Assembly (NCBI GenBank): GCA_018985225.1 | Contig: JADGIF010000157.1 | Location: 1-16,647 of the forward strand | Source: Amoeboradix gromovi X-113 | Lineage: Eukaryota > Fungi > Sanchytriomycota | DNA: 16,647 nt | Direction of reading: 5' to 3' | In this document: positions 1 to 8,447 of the stretch, piece after piece | Layout of the letters: every line of letters starts with the position of its first letter | How positions within the stretch are numbered: the stretch's first letter is position 1 | Program-made: the position numbers and the translations under genes | The notes under the pieces: generated by a model | Told to the model about the DNA's origin: nothing | What the model saw: the letters and a program-made list of their open reading frames with translations, nothing else | Database searches by the model: none

Positions 1-54
1 TTCTTTTAACGTTTCTTTGTACAACTTATTTTTTGTATTATCTTTAATAATCAT
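1..54 (-). CDS. Partial ORF start (MIIKDNTKNKLYKETLKE...), product unknown; possibly element-encoded
   Basis: 18 open codons to the window edge. ATG lies ~153 bp inside the TIR (157 bp in the 6975-7961 element) with a TATA box ~30 bp upstream. Confidence 0.35.
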   Translation of the reverse strand, partial: MIIKDNTKNKLYKETLKE

Positions 55-207
55 TGTTTTCAAGATTTAGACGGTGTTAAGAGCTTTTATACTAAATAAA
101 GTTAAATGCGCCAATCGCATAGACTTGATATACTATTGGGTAATAAAATCAAAACAATGGTTTAAGCGGTTTTACAAAGTTAGTCTAGTTTTTATATTTG
201 GTGTGTC
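1..207 (-). mobile_element. 5' end of a family-1 (GGG-TIR) element running off the left window edge: TIR, promoter and ORF start
   Basis: 177-207 AAAGTTAGTCTAGTTTTTATATTTGGTGTGTC closely matches the TIR at 4681-4713 and is the reverse complement of the TIRs at 3934 and 16472. On the minus strand: GATTGG (CCAAT box, ~110-115), TATAAAAG (85-92) and ATG at 54, open to position 1. Confidence 0.6.
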
Positions 208-448
208 GTATGTAAAAAACGAGACTAAGAGTATGACATTAATGTCTCAGATACCATTTAGTCATCGCATTAAGAGCATCCTATATACTATCACCTAATT
301 TATACTAGCATACTCTTGAAATTTAGTGTAGGAGGTAAAATAGCTATATAAGGCTATTAGTAGAAGCAATAGATAGATTTTAGACTAAGCATTTAACATA
401 CCAGTTAAACAGAATTAAATTTTTAGCTTGTTTATTTAGTAACTAAAT

Positions 449-830
449 GGGGCCCTTGTAAGTGTAAGTGGAACAATGGAGCATAACCATTTTTACATAA
501 TTTACTAATAAAAAAGATTCCTTGTTTTGTGAAGCCCTATCCCTTATTAGTGAAAAATGTTCTTTTTGACTTTTGAGAATGTTCATATTTTTAAGTAACT
601 GCGAGCCTGTAGCCGCCATTGAATACATGTTCTGTGAAAAGTGGACTCAAGAAGTAATACGGAACATTGGCAGCTCTCGGCTTTAACTGAGTAGATCATT
701 TATCGTAGTTTTATCTCTTTTATAGCTTCAATAGACTCACCATATATAATTTTAATTGCAGAAAAACTCAATCCTCTACTCATCCTTTGGGCAAATGTTT
801 TCAAGTTACCGTAACCAGAACATCTCAAAT
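449..830 (-). pseudogene. Highly degraded TnpB/Fanzor C-terminal remnant
   Basis: With frameshifts the minus strand reads LR*MIYSVKAE-AANVPYYFLSPLFT-RTCIQ(C)G (~615-705; cf. L.YKA...G.P....P.YTS.TC..CG), then LIRDRASQN (RD at 539-544). It ends ACAAGGGCCCC at 449, like the element end ACAAGGGCGCC at 11187. Confidence 0.45.
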
Positions 831-1492
831 CTATAGATATCGGTAAGCGATATAGACTAACTCTTCCTTGCCTGAAAATGGTCTAAAAAAGAGGTTTTAT
901 TTCAAATAAAAGGAAAACTTTGGTGGAATACAATTAAGCATTTACCTAGTCAAAAGTGAGGAAGTGTGGTACTCGTAAGAAGCCAAGTTGAAAACACATA
1001 CGTTGACAAACTGTTATTCTTAAATAGATAGAGACCATGTTGCAGTGCGAAAGATATACTTGTGTGCAACCGTATCCAATCCCGTCTCGGGTAGTGGAAA
1101 CTTGAGAAATCACTGAAACGATGAGACTGGTCTTGTTGGATTTTCTGTACAAATTTTCGATTTTTGAGGATACCATGACTTTGTCTTGGGATATTTAGAC
1201 CATCAAAACGGGACGAAGTTGCAAACTAGATTTTCTGAACATTTTTGTGAGTAAGAAATAATATTTAAATCAGCTACTGGAATTCTGGTTAAACTTTGAT
1301 TAAGACCAATAGTTGTGGAGCATGGCTCATACAATTTATTATTTTGGCAAATGATTTTTATCTGACTAAAAGAGAATAAAAGATAAAATTGGGATACCTG
1401 ATAGATGCATTCAATATGCAGGATGGAATGTTTGTGAATACCCAAAATCATAAGTACACTTTTGACTTCTTAATTTGTGAAACTTAGGTTCA

Positions 1493-2866
1493 ATGGGCAA
1501 TGCTAGTGAAGATTGCACTCATCCCTCAGTATACGGAACACTATGTGTCCTTTGTGGTTCTGAAGTGAGCAATAACAATGAAAAGGATGACAACTACCAC
1601 ACCATATTACATGATAATGCTCATTTAAAAATGAACAAATCTCATCGTGAGTTAGACGCATCGCTGCAATCTAAAGAGTTGGTTAAAAGCAGACAACTTG
1701 TGTGTATACTGGATCTGGATCAAACTATATTACACTGTTTAATTGGTAAGGTAACTGGGAAGGATGAAATACTATCATTTTATTTGCATAATTGTCTTTA
1801 TAACATCTATTTTAGAAAACATTTAAGGCAGCTGTTAGACACTCTAAAAAGCGACTATATGACCCATATATATACTATGGGAACTAATGAATATTGTGAG
1901 CAAATTAAGAACTACATGAGTGCAAAAATGATGTTTGATGTTAATTCTAGATGGATGGGTAGAGACCTTAACATACTGCCTGGTGAACAAGCACACATGA
2001 AGTCAATCAATCGGTTTAATTGTCCATTAGAGTACACAATCGTGTTGGATGATAGAATAGAGGTGTGGAAACAGATCGACAACGTTGTACCGATTCTACC
2101 CTACTATCACTCTCTTGTTGGTGATATAAATGGATCAGATAGGTTCAAGCTGTTTCAGAATGTCGTGTTCAAGATGGACAATCATCTTGTTTACGTTGAT
2201 CGGCTGTTAAAACTAGTTCATCAGGAGTTTTATAAAATAAAGCACGCTAATTTAGAAGTTAATGATGTCCCTAGAATCTTGAAGGAATGCTTGAGCATAT
2301 TCAAGGACTGCTATTTCGTTTTAACTGGATTTATTCCTACAAGCAGTAACAAAGACTTGTTCATTCCTATTTTAAATCTGATCGAAAAATATGGCGGTGT
2401 AGTGTCAGATGAGGTTACGGACAAGACTACCCATTGTATATGTATTTATATGGAGGAGTCCGCAATAATAGATGAAAAGCAGTTTTTGGATGATGTAGAG
2501 ACATCTGTACCTCTAACACCTAATGATGATACACAAATAGATGAATTCTTGAAGAGCAAAGCTTCTTTAACTATAAAAACAACCGATAAGGTTAAACAAG
2601 CAAAGAATAGGTGTTTTCTTCTGCCTCCAGAATGGATATACCTTTCATGTTACTCATATTGCAGATTAAGTGAAGAGAGATACAACTATCTCGGTATGCT
2701 TCCAAGTTGTGATCCTGTATTGCGATCGAGGAAAGTAGCTATGGTATTAGAAAGCAAAGAAAGTTTGGTACCACAAACTGGGAGGAACAGGGCAAAATCA
2801 ACATCGACTATGAGTTCGAGTGACCTTGAGTCTCTGGCAAATGATTTAGAGAATGATTATGAATAA
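1493..2866 (+). CDS. FCP1: RNA polymerase II CTD phosphatase Fcp1 (HAD phosphatase + BRCT)
   Basis: N-terminal CTHP...GTLCVLCG, catalytic LDLDQT, HIYTMGT, VLDDRIEVW, BRCT region (FVLTG...YGGVV...TTHCI...PEWI). Confidence 0.95.
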   Translation: MGNASEDCTHPSVYGTLCVLCGSEVSNNNEKDDNYHTILHDNAHLKMNKSHRELDASLQSKELVKSRQLVCILDLDQTILHCLIGKVTGKDEILSFYLHNCLYNIYFRKHLRQLLDTLKSDYMTHIYTMGTNEYCEQIKNYMSAKMMFDVNSRWMGRDLNILPGEQAHMKSINRFNCPLEYTIVLDDRIEVWKQIDNVVPILPYYHSLVGDINGSDRFKLFQNVVFKMDNHLVYVDRLLKLVHQEFYKIKHANLEVNDVPRILKECLSIFKDCYFVLTGFIPTSSNKDLFIPILNLIEKYGGVVSDEVTDKTTHCICIYMEESAIIDEKQFLDDVETSVPLTPNDDTQIDEFLKSKASLTIKTTDKVKQAKNRCFLLPPEWIYLSCYSYCRLSEERYNYLGMLPSCDPVLRSRKVAMVLESKESLVPQTGRNRAKSTSTMSSSDLESLANDLENDYE

Positions 2867-2889
2867 ATTTATTTTCAAAGTTTACAACA

Positions 2890-2960
2890 GGGACGCACAC
2901 TTTAAGGGTCGCTACGACCTTGAATTTAGAGAGCTATACCGTCTCGGTTTCATATTAGAA
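2890..2960 (-). mobile_element. Possible short 3'-end remnant of a GGG-terminated Fanzor element
   Basis: Minus strand I*NRDG (TGA where W is expected; NRD at 2941-2949), strong hairpin GGTCG-CTA-CGACC within 2901-2924, terminus ...GTGTGCGTCCC at 2890 resembling the family-1 ends GTGTCCC/GTGTATCCC. Confidence 0.3.
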
Positions 2961-3040
2961 TCAAGAATCAATCTTTGAGATCCAGACTAAAATTGAAACA
3001 TAATTTTTGTACAATTTGCTTGTTTTGGCTCTATTTATTA

Positions 3041-3142
3041 GAATAGTGGACTTCCGAAAACTCCCAATGATTCCCCTAAGAAATTATCAATGCTAGTCAC
3101 TTCGCCACAGCTGTCAATCACGCTTACACTGCCTTAAGGCCC
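3041..3142 (-). ncRNA. Candidate family-2 omegaRNA scaffold, copy 2 (no RuvC-III coding region directly upstream)
   Basis: Aligns by eye with 3328-3436 (GCCT...AGTG.AAGCGTGA...CTAGCATTG.TA.TTTCT...TCGGAA.TC), with compensatory changes in stem 1. Confidence 0.6.
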
Positions 3143-3327
3143 TGATCACTTAGGAAGGCCCTTATTCTTCCAAAGGTCAATTGAACAGGTATTCTCCACA
3201 TTTGTTTTCTTTAGTTTTACACGCCTTTGCACACATTAGGCTATTAAATACTGCGACATATTACACAAACGTCTCTTTAACTTCAGTTTGAATGGAGACT
3301 TCATTTTGCACTACTTCCTGTTCTCTC

Positions 3328-3436
3328 CTCGTTGAAAGTCCTGATTTCCGAGAAAACCGAGAATTTCCACAGAGAAACTAGCAATGCTAGATGCTCCGTT
3401 ACAGTGATCGCTCACGCTTTCACTACTCTGAGGCGG
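3328..3436 (-). ncRNA. Candidate family-2 omegaRNA scaffold, copy 1
   Basis: Begins ~30 nt after the RuvC-III motif. Stem CCUCAGAG/CUCUGUGG encloses hairpins AGUGA..GC-GUGA-GC..UCACU and CUAGC-AUU-GCUAG, followed by GGUUUU-CUCG-GAAAUC. Two further homologs in the window. Confidence 0.7.
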
Positions 3437-3449
3437 GATTGAATAAGGA

Positions 3450-3790
3450 TGCATATACTTGATGTATATGTTCCTTGCTGCCATGTGATCTCTATCTTCA
3501 AATGACACTTTGTACAGGTTCAGGTTTCTAAGTTGGTGTCTTAAGGCTGCCACACCTTGTACATGTCCGACTAGTAAATGATTCATTACATTCGATTATC
3601 GTCTTTCCTCTTTGTTTACATTTGAACTTCAAGCGCTCCTTGAATAAATTGTACAGATATCTCTTATAGGCATTGAAAGACATCTAATTCTTCCATGTTT
3701 GGGCCAGCTTATTAGTGTTGATGAATGTGTGCTATACCTGTTGTTTCTTTATATTTGACATATTCGGGATTACAACCATTAATTCAATTT
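3450..3790 (-). pseudogene. Fanzor2/IS607-TnpB-like nuclease pseudogene (C-terminal part)
   Basis: Minus strand: VVIP (3765-3776), LYNLFKERLKFKCKQRGKTIIECNESFTSRTCTRCGSL (ESFTSRTCTRCG at 3549-3584), frameshift, then EDRDHMAARNIYIK (3467-3496; in ORF 3311..3586). Matches E.YTS.TC..CG and DRD.NAARNI. Confidence 0.85.
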
Positions 3791-3958
3791 ACAATTCGTG
3801 AAAAGAAAGAGTATCCAGTATTCGAGCTATAGTAAAATCTGGAAAAGTCATGAAATTATATAAAAATACACGCAAATTCGCAACACATGATTTATTCAAG
3901 AAAACAATCGAGATGGTGCAGGAACATGTATCTGGGACACCAAATATAAAAACTAGAC

Positions 3959-4270
3959 TTACTCGTTTTTAAAGAAGGTGCACCATACAGAGGAAATGCT
4001 ATCATTAATAAAAGATCTTCTGTTATACCAAGATTCTCTCATTAATTGTATTCCTCTTTTTAAAATAAAACTAGAATACCCTGCATCTCGTTCAAATATA
4101 TGAGGTCTTTGAGCATCTAAGCAAAAGGTGCATTTTCTTAGACGGTACTCTTTTCTAGAGTCATTTTGTAATGTTATACTGACATCATTACTCTTATCTA
4201 TTTCATTCTCACAGACACTACATTTCTTTGATTTACTGGTGTATGAAAGCTTTTGCTTTCTCTTGGCCAT
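3959..4270 (-). CDS. 103-aa internally deleted Fanzor (N-terminus fused to zinc finger + RuvC-III)
   Basis: MAKRKQKLSYT matches MAKRQQPLSYT at 7132, followed by CSVC...LRKCTFC...FERD. CATAAATA lies 22 bp upstream of the ATG, the same spacing as in element B. Confidence 0.65.
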   Translation of the reverse strand: MAKRKQKLSYTSKSKKCSVCENEIDKSNDVSITLQNDSRKEYRLRKCTFCLDAQRPHIFERDAGYSSFILKRGIQLMRESWYNRRSFINDSISSVWCTFFKNE

Positions 4271-4344
4271 AGCTTTATTAGGAAAGGTCTCTATTTATGT
4301 GCAAGACAGTTCTTTCTGGATAGTTCTTAAATGAAAATATACCC

Positions 4345-4487
4345 TATTATGAATCAGTATTATGAATCAGTATTATGAATTAGTACTATGAACTAGTATT
4401 ATGAATTAGTATTATGAATCAGTATTATGAATCAGTATTATGAATCAGTATTATGAATCAGTATTATAAATCAGTATTATAAATCAG
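4345..4487. repeat. 13-bp minisatellite TATTATGAATCAG x11
   Basis: 11 contiguous units with few variants (GAATTAG, TACTATGAACTAG, TAAATCAG); no spacers. Confidence 0.97.
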
Positions 4488-4799
4488 AGGTTTATTTGAA
4501 ATAAAGATTGGATGAAAGAGAAAGAGAATAGCTGTACAGAATATTTATTTTTAAAATTTCGATACAAAAAGTTATTTATTTTCCTTTTATACTCGTCAAC
4601 TCCGCAACTAGATGAATGTCCACTCGCCTCTTAAATCCATACAATTAATAAAGCTGAAATAATGTTCCAAGTTGTTGCAGAAAGTTAGTCTAAGTTTTTA
4701 TATTTGATGTCCTAATTGTATATCCCAGTGAATTCTATAGATTAGTAAAATTTTGGCTACCATTGTTTGGTGGCATATGTCATAGATGGGAAGCGCCTA

Positions 4800-5083
4800 A
4801 TTAAAAGCTTTTATTCAGTTGCAACATTCTGTAATAATGATCGATTGGAACCATAAAATTCATGTAGTCACAACAATTGATTTGTAAAATCAAAGTCGAT
4901 GACTAATTAACAGAGTTTAAGAAAATGCTATTGAATGCTTGAACATTAAATCTAGAATTCTTTTCGAGAACAAGATAAAAACCACTATTGTTGAATTACT
5001 AAACATACTGAATTTACAATTGCAGCTGGCGACTGGATGCTCACCTATTATACTAAAATATCTAGTTTTTACAGAGGTTGCCC
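4800..5083 (+). pseudogene. Degraded family-1 Fanzor C-terminal remnant E with 3' TIR
   Basis: With frameshifts: CNI-CNND (4820), TIDL*NQSR*, LRKC (4917-4928)-IECLNIKSRILFE, paralleling CSVCENE..ITLQNDSR..LRKCTFCLDAQRPHIFE of element A. Ends TCTAGTTTTTACAGAGGTTGCCC|ATAT. Confidence 0.6.
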
Positions 5084-5293
5084 ATATTTTATTACTTTTT
5101 AGGAGATTTAGCTTATTTTTCTCTACTGGTTTAATCTTTTGCCATTTGCTAATAGACGCTCAGTGGCTTGAAGTTAATACAGCAACGCTTACCATTTATA
5201 TCAAGACTATATCACAATTTATGAACCTGAATAGCATTGGGCTCTTATGAGAATGTCATCCGCTTTTACCCCGTCTACTTTTCACAGAGCAAT

Positions 5294-6661
5294 ATGCAGC
5301 AACTGTTTTCAAAAACTGGAAATGATAGCAGAATCGGTAAGTATGCAGCTTTGATGACTGATGCAGTGCTGAGACCAACAAGAGAGAAGACAATCGATGT
5401 TATAGAACCAATTAAAATTGCTACGAAAGAGCCTTCATTTCGTAAAATCGACAAATGCTTGCCTCTGGATTCTGTCATGTTAAAAATCAAATCCTGCGAT
5501 CCCGTTATGCCTTCTGATATAGTATTATCTGATTTAAAAAATGTTAAAGACATAGAAACACTAACTTTAGATGCCTTTGTAGTTAGCAAGTCTAACCTTT
5601 ATGTTCCAGACTCCAAATTCATGCTTTGGACGACAGATCCTTCAAGATTAATCGTCGCAAGTATCAACAACGGTTCTTTTGTTCATGTATTCGAATATCC
5701 TGCTTTAAACAAGTGTTACTCGGTTTATTTTGAAAAAGAGATTATATCTATAGATTTCTTTAAGCACACGAAGTTCTCGAATGTATTGACGGTTGTTGCC
5801 ATACTGTTCAAGGACGATTTACAGGTCTCACTTTATGGGTTGCCGTTACACTGCAGGAGCGAAGTTATTGAACTTGATATGTTTATGGAGTTAAACATAT
5901 ATCCACAGGATTATCCTACTTGTGTTGATTGTAAGCTTAACTATGTTGCAATAGGATACAGAAATGGAGATATTGCAGTATTTAAATTGACTGAAATCCC
6001 TATGGATCAGCCTCTACCGTTTTATCACAAATATACCCATACTTCATTAGTAAGTAGTATACATCTTCCGATATATGTCGGCGATGTTAAACCCTTTAAT
6101 TTTGTGATATCAAGTGGTATAAGTGGTAAAATAATATATAGCGAATTTTCAATTAAACAAGCACATGGAGGTGTAGCAATATCAACATCAGCAGCTATTC
6201 CTAGATTTGTCTATTTGGACTTCATAGATGGCGTGTTATTTTGCGATTTTGATGATTCTGTAAAGTTTTCGACTTTCTTCTCAAGAACTGAACTGCGCAG
6301 ATTGGTAACTATAAGAGGCGGTGTCTCTTCGGTGGCCTCAAGCTCAAGACACCCGTTTATTGCATTTGGTGGATTAGGTGGTGCATTGGCTATTTTTAAT
6401 ACAAACCATACTCGAGTGAAACATGGCAAATCATACATCTACTGCTATTCGATATTCAAAAACATAGACGGAAGAGAGTTGTATTTATTTAATCTTGATA
6501 AATTACCAAAAGAAGCACCTCAGTCATTGCGAACTGATGGATCATCAGTGCATATCCCTCATAGCACGAAAATAGATGCACTATGTTGGTCTCCTGAGAA
6601 AGTAACTAGCAATATCGTTGCACAATTGTGTAGTCAAATAATTTCATTTCAGGAGCTGTAG
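5294..6661 (+). CDS. WD40 protein, likely TFIIIC subunit Tfc6/GTF3C2-like
   Basis: Beta-propeller-like repeats (VAIGYRNGDIAVF; VASSSRHPFIAFGGLGGALAIFN; IDALCWSP) resemble the Tfc6 C-terminus. First ATG at 5294; ORF is open from 5237. Confidence 0.6.
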   Translation: MQQLFSKTGNDSRIGKYAALMTDAVLRPTREKTIDVIEPIKIATKEPSFRKIDKCLPLDSVMLKIKSCDPVMPSDIVLSDLKNVKDIETLTLDAFVVSKSNLYVPDSKFMLWTTDPSRLIVASINNGSFVHVFEYPALNKCYSVYFEKEIISIDFFKHTKFSNVLTVVAILFKDDLQVSLYGLPLHCRSEVIELDMFMELNIYPQDYPTCVDCKLNYVAIGYRNGDIAVFKLTEIPMDQPLPFYHKYTHTSLVSSIHLPIYVGDVKPFNFVISSGISGKIIYSEFSIKQAHGGVAISTSAAIPRFVYLDFIDGVLFCDFDDSVKFSTFFSRTELRRLVTIRGGVSSVASSSRHPFIAFGGLGGALAIFNTNHTRVKHGKSYIYCYSIFKNIDGRELYLFNLDKLPKEAPQSLRTDGSSVHIPHSTKIDALCWSPEKVTSNIVAQLCSQIISFQEL

Positions 6662-6668
6662 TGGAATT

Positions 6669-6680
6669 AATAAATTTATT
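6669..6680. terminator. Bidirectional poly(A) signal AATAAATTTATT between convergent genes
   Basis: Palindrome gives AATAAA on both strands and overlaps the cupin stop codon. The same 12-mer overlaps the FCP1 stop at 2862-2873. Confidence 0.55.
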
Positions 6681-6981
6681 GTAAAAAATCTATAAACAAT
6701 GAACATTTTTTGCTAAAAACATTCTTCAATGCATAGTAATGCTTGTCTTCTACTATAACAGGCTCATTTGGTAGTTCCAGAATAGTTTCATCTAATAGTA
6801 GCAAACACTGTCCTTCAACCAAAGTTATTATAATGTTACCAGAAATCAACTCGGGCATCTTGTCATGAGAAGGGTACAATTCCATGTACACAAGTGTGGA
6901 TTTTTTGCTCTTACAAATGGATTTGAAAGAGAATCCTTTTGTTTTTGCCCGCCATAACTCTGGTTGAAACATATGAGACAT
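6676..6981 (-). CDS. Small cupin-domain protein resembling the CENP-C/Mif2 C-terminal cupin
   Basis: GFSFKSI...MELYP..DK....GNIIITLVEGQCLLLLDE...VIVEDKHYYALKN....CSLF follows the CENP-C cupin pattern. Stop overlaps AATAAA. The 5' end coincides with the element B junction. Confidence 0.5.
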   Translation of the reverse strand: MSHMFQPELWRAKTKGFSFKSICKSKKSTLVYMELYPSHDKMPELISGNIIITLVEGQCLLLLDETILELPNEPVIVEDKHYYALKNVFSKKCSLFIDFLQ

Positions 6982-7102
6982 GCTATGTAAAAACTAGATT
7001 AGCTTTTTGATACAATTTGTTTCAAACAAAATTAAGTTTCATAAGACTTTTACCTGATTGGCTATTTTTCATTTCATAACCTTGTAAAAGAACTAGTTGG
7101 CT

Positions 7103-7110
7103 TATAAATA
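7103..7110 (+). promoter_or_regulatory. TATA box of the family-1 Fanzor gene
   Basis: TATAAATA 22 bp before ATG 7132. The ~75-bp upstream region aligns with that of element A (TATTTTCATTT, AAAGAACT, ATAAATA; 4292-4299 on minus). Confidence 0.6.
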
Positions 7111-7875
7111 CAGTCTTTTCTGTACAATTGTATGGCTAAAAGACAACAACCTTTGTCCTATACAAAACACAAAAAAAAGAAATTAGACAGTGAAAACACT
7201 GAAGAGGGTCCTTCTACTGTTAAAATGAAGCTAACACACTAAAAAACTAGGATTAGAGATACATTTCGTCGTCTTCATCACATAGAGCTTCAATTTCTTC
7301 TCTTTTGGAATTGGGTTTTAGAAACCAACAACTACCAAATGATTTTAAACCTTCTCAAGACCATGTTACTAGATTACAAGTTTGTTTACTCAAGACTTAA
7401 TATTTTCAAAATTAGTAAACCGAGGAGCAGCTTAAAGGTGAACTTGTTCAAGAGCAACCCATGCCTGTATTTAATACAGACCTAAACCATATGATGGCAG
7501 ATTATGACTTGAAATCCTGCCGTAAAAAAGTCTTCAAAAACAATCTGGTCCAGGTAAAAGACCCTGTTACTTTGGGGTGATGCTCAGTTCAAGATCAACT
7601 TTAAAAAGAATAATTGTAGTCCTTGTCATAATATTGGAGACTTCTTTCTAAGACCTCGAAAATCTAAAGTGGACTTTGCTCTAGTCAATGAAGATTACGC
7701 ATCCAAGCATTGTAGTGTTTGCAAGTCTTTTATTGACAAAGGATATGATACAAACGAAACTGTTAATAAACGGTAAAACAGGAAAAGTTCGTCTAAGAAA
7801 ATGCACCTTTTGCTCAGACGCCTTTAGGCCTTGTTATTTTGAACAAGATACTTTCTTCTAGTTTTAACTTAAAAA

Positions 7876-7961
7876 GAGGAATAGATTTATTAAATAACAA
7901 TCTTTTCTCCGTATGGGGTACCTCCTTAAAAATAACAGTCTAGTTTTACAGAGTGTATCCC
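7876..7961 (+). ncRNA. Candidate family-1 omegaRNA scaffold overlapping the ORF end and 3' TIR (also 3934-4057 and 16472-16593, minus)
   Basis: Hairpin GAGGAA-U-AGAUU/AAUCU-U-UUUCUC and terminal hairpin GGGGUAC-CUC..UAAAA/UUUUA..GAG-U-GUAUCCC. Equivalent pairings with different bases occur in copies A, C and D. Confidence 0.55.
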
Positions 7962-8212
7962 ATATGAGACATCAAGTTTACACTTAAGTCAAATAATTCA
8001 ATAATGTCTGGAATAGTATATTCGGATACTTTAGCCGATAATGTATCATATACAAAAAGCTGAAAAGTCTTCCGTTAATTGAATAGAACATTATATTCAT
8101 AACGCCAGCCATATCAATCCAATTTTCCTTTTCCTATAGTTCTTTAATTGAACAAATACATGATACTCAGTTCTTCTGATCTCTAGAGATTGTACCCAAC
8201 TCACCACAGTCA

Positions 8213-8443
8213 GTGCTTGTCATATCTAAATGTATAATCAAGCGACATAGAATATACTTTTACTCCCGAAATAGTGTCAAGAGATTATCGTCTAAAGAAA
8301 GGAAAAAACATCGGTGATTGTGATGGAGAATTCACTAGTCAAGCACGTACTTCATGCGGCACTCTGAAGAACCAATTTGAGAAAAATACATGTACAAACT
8401 GTCGTTACAATTAGGTAGAAACTATGTAACAACAAACTTGTAA
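8213..8443 (+). pseudogene. Second Fanzor2/IS607-TnpB-like pseudogene fragment
   Basis: VLVISK, KRLSSK, KGKNIGDCDGEFTSQARTSCGTLKNQFEKNTCTNCRYN*, GRNYVTTNL; colinear with the 3450-3790 fragment. Confidence 0.75.
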
Positions 8444-8447
8444 AGTT

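Larger units (their letters stand above)
3934..4713 (-). mobile_element. Family-1 non-autonomous Fanzor element A (780 bp, imperfect TIRs)
   Basis: GGGACACCAAATATAAAAACTAGACT at 3934 with an inverted match ending at 4713. Contains a promoter and mini-Fanzor ORF. 3934-4110 is a close copy of 16472-16647. Flanks do not form a matching TSD. Confidence 0.75.
6975..7961 (+). mobile_element. Family-1 Fanzor1-like element B (987 bp, pseudogenised, internally deleted), ATAT TSD
   Basis: TIRs GAGACATGCTATGTAAAAACTAG and CTAGTTTTACAGAGTGTATCCC; ATAT at 6971-6974 and 7962-7965. Broken ORF from 7132: MAKRQQPLSYT..STVKMKL..IRDTFRRLHHIELQFLLFWNWVL..VFKNNL..IGDFF..VNEDYASKHCSVC (7684-7722)..RLRKCTFC (7790-7813)..FEQD. 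Confidence 0.85.

Noticed and set aside
1066-1092. RuvC motif (GLDT-G by frameshift, or TRDGIG in ORF 946..1176)
   Set aside because: Two mutually exclusive readings, both short; cannot be assigned without alignment.
1203-1451. 82-aa minus-strand ORF (also 74..298 and 4128..4334)
   Set aside because: No recognisable motifs; chance ORFs or unassignable element debris.
3311-3586. 91-aa ORF as a real gene
   Set aside because: It is the frameshifted tail of the Fanzor2-like pseudogene reading through the RNA scaffold.
4345-4487. CRISPR array or telomeric repeat
   Set aside because: Units are contiguous with no spacers, internal to an element, and lack G-rich strand bias.
4939-5250. 103-aa ORF as a host gene or upstream exon of the WD40 gene
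   Set aside because: It has a TTG start, overlaps remnant E and crosses its TIR; no family signal.
6994-7013. 20-nt intron-like GTATCAAAAAGCTAATCTAG on the minus strand upstream of the cupin
   Set aside because: It fits the intron pattern, but the upstream frame hits a stop after 6 codons with no ATG; at most a 5' UTR intron.
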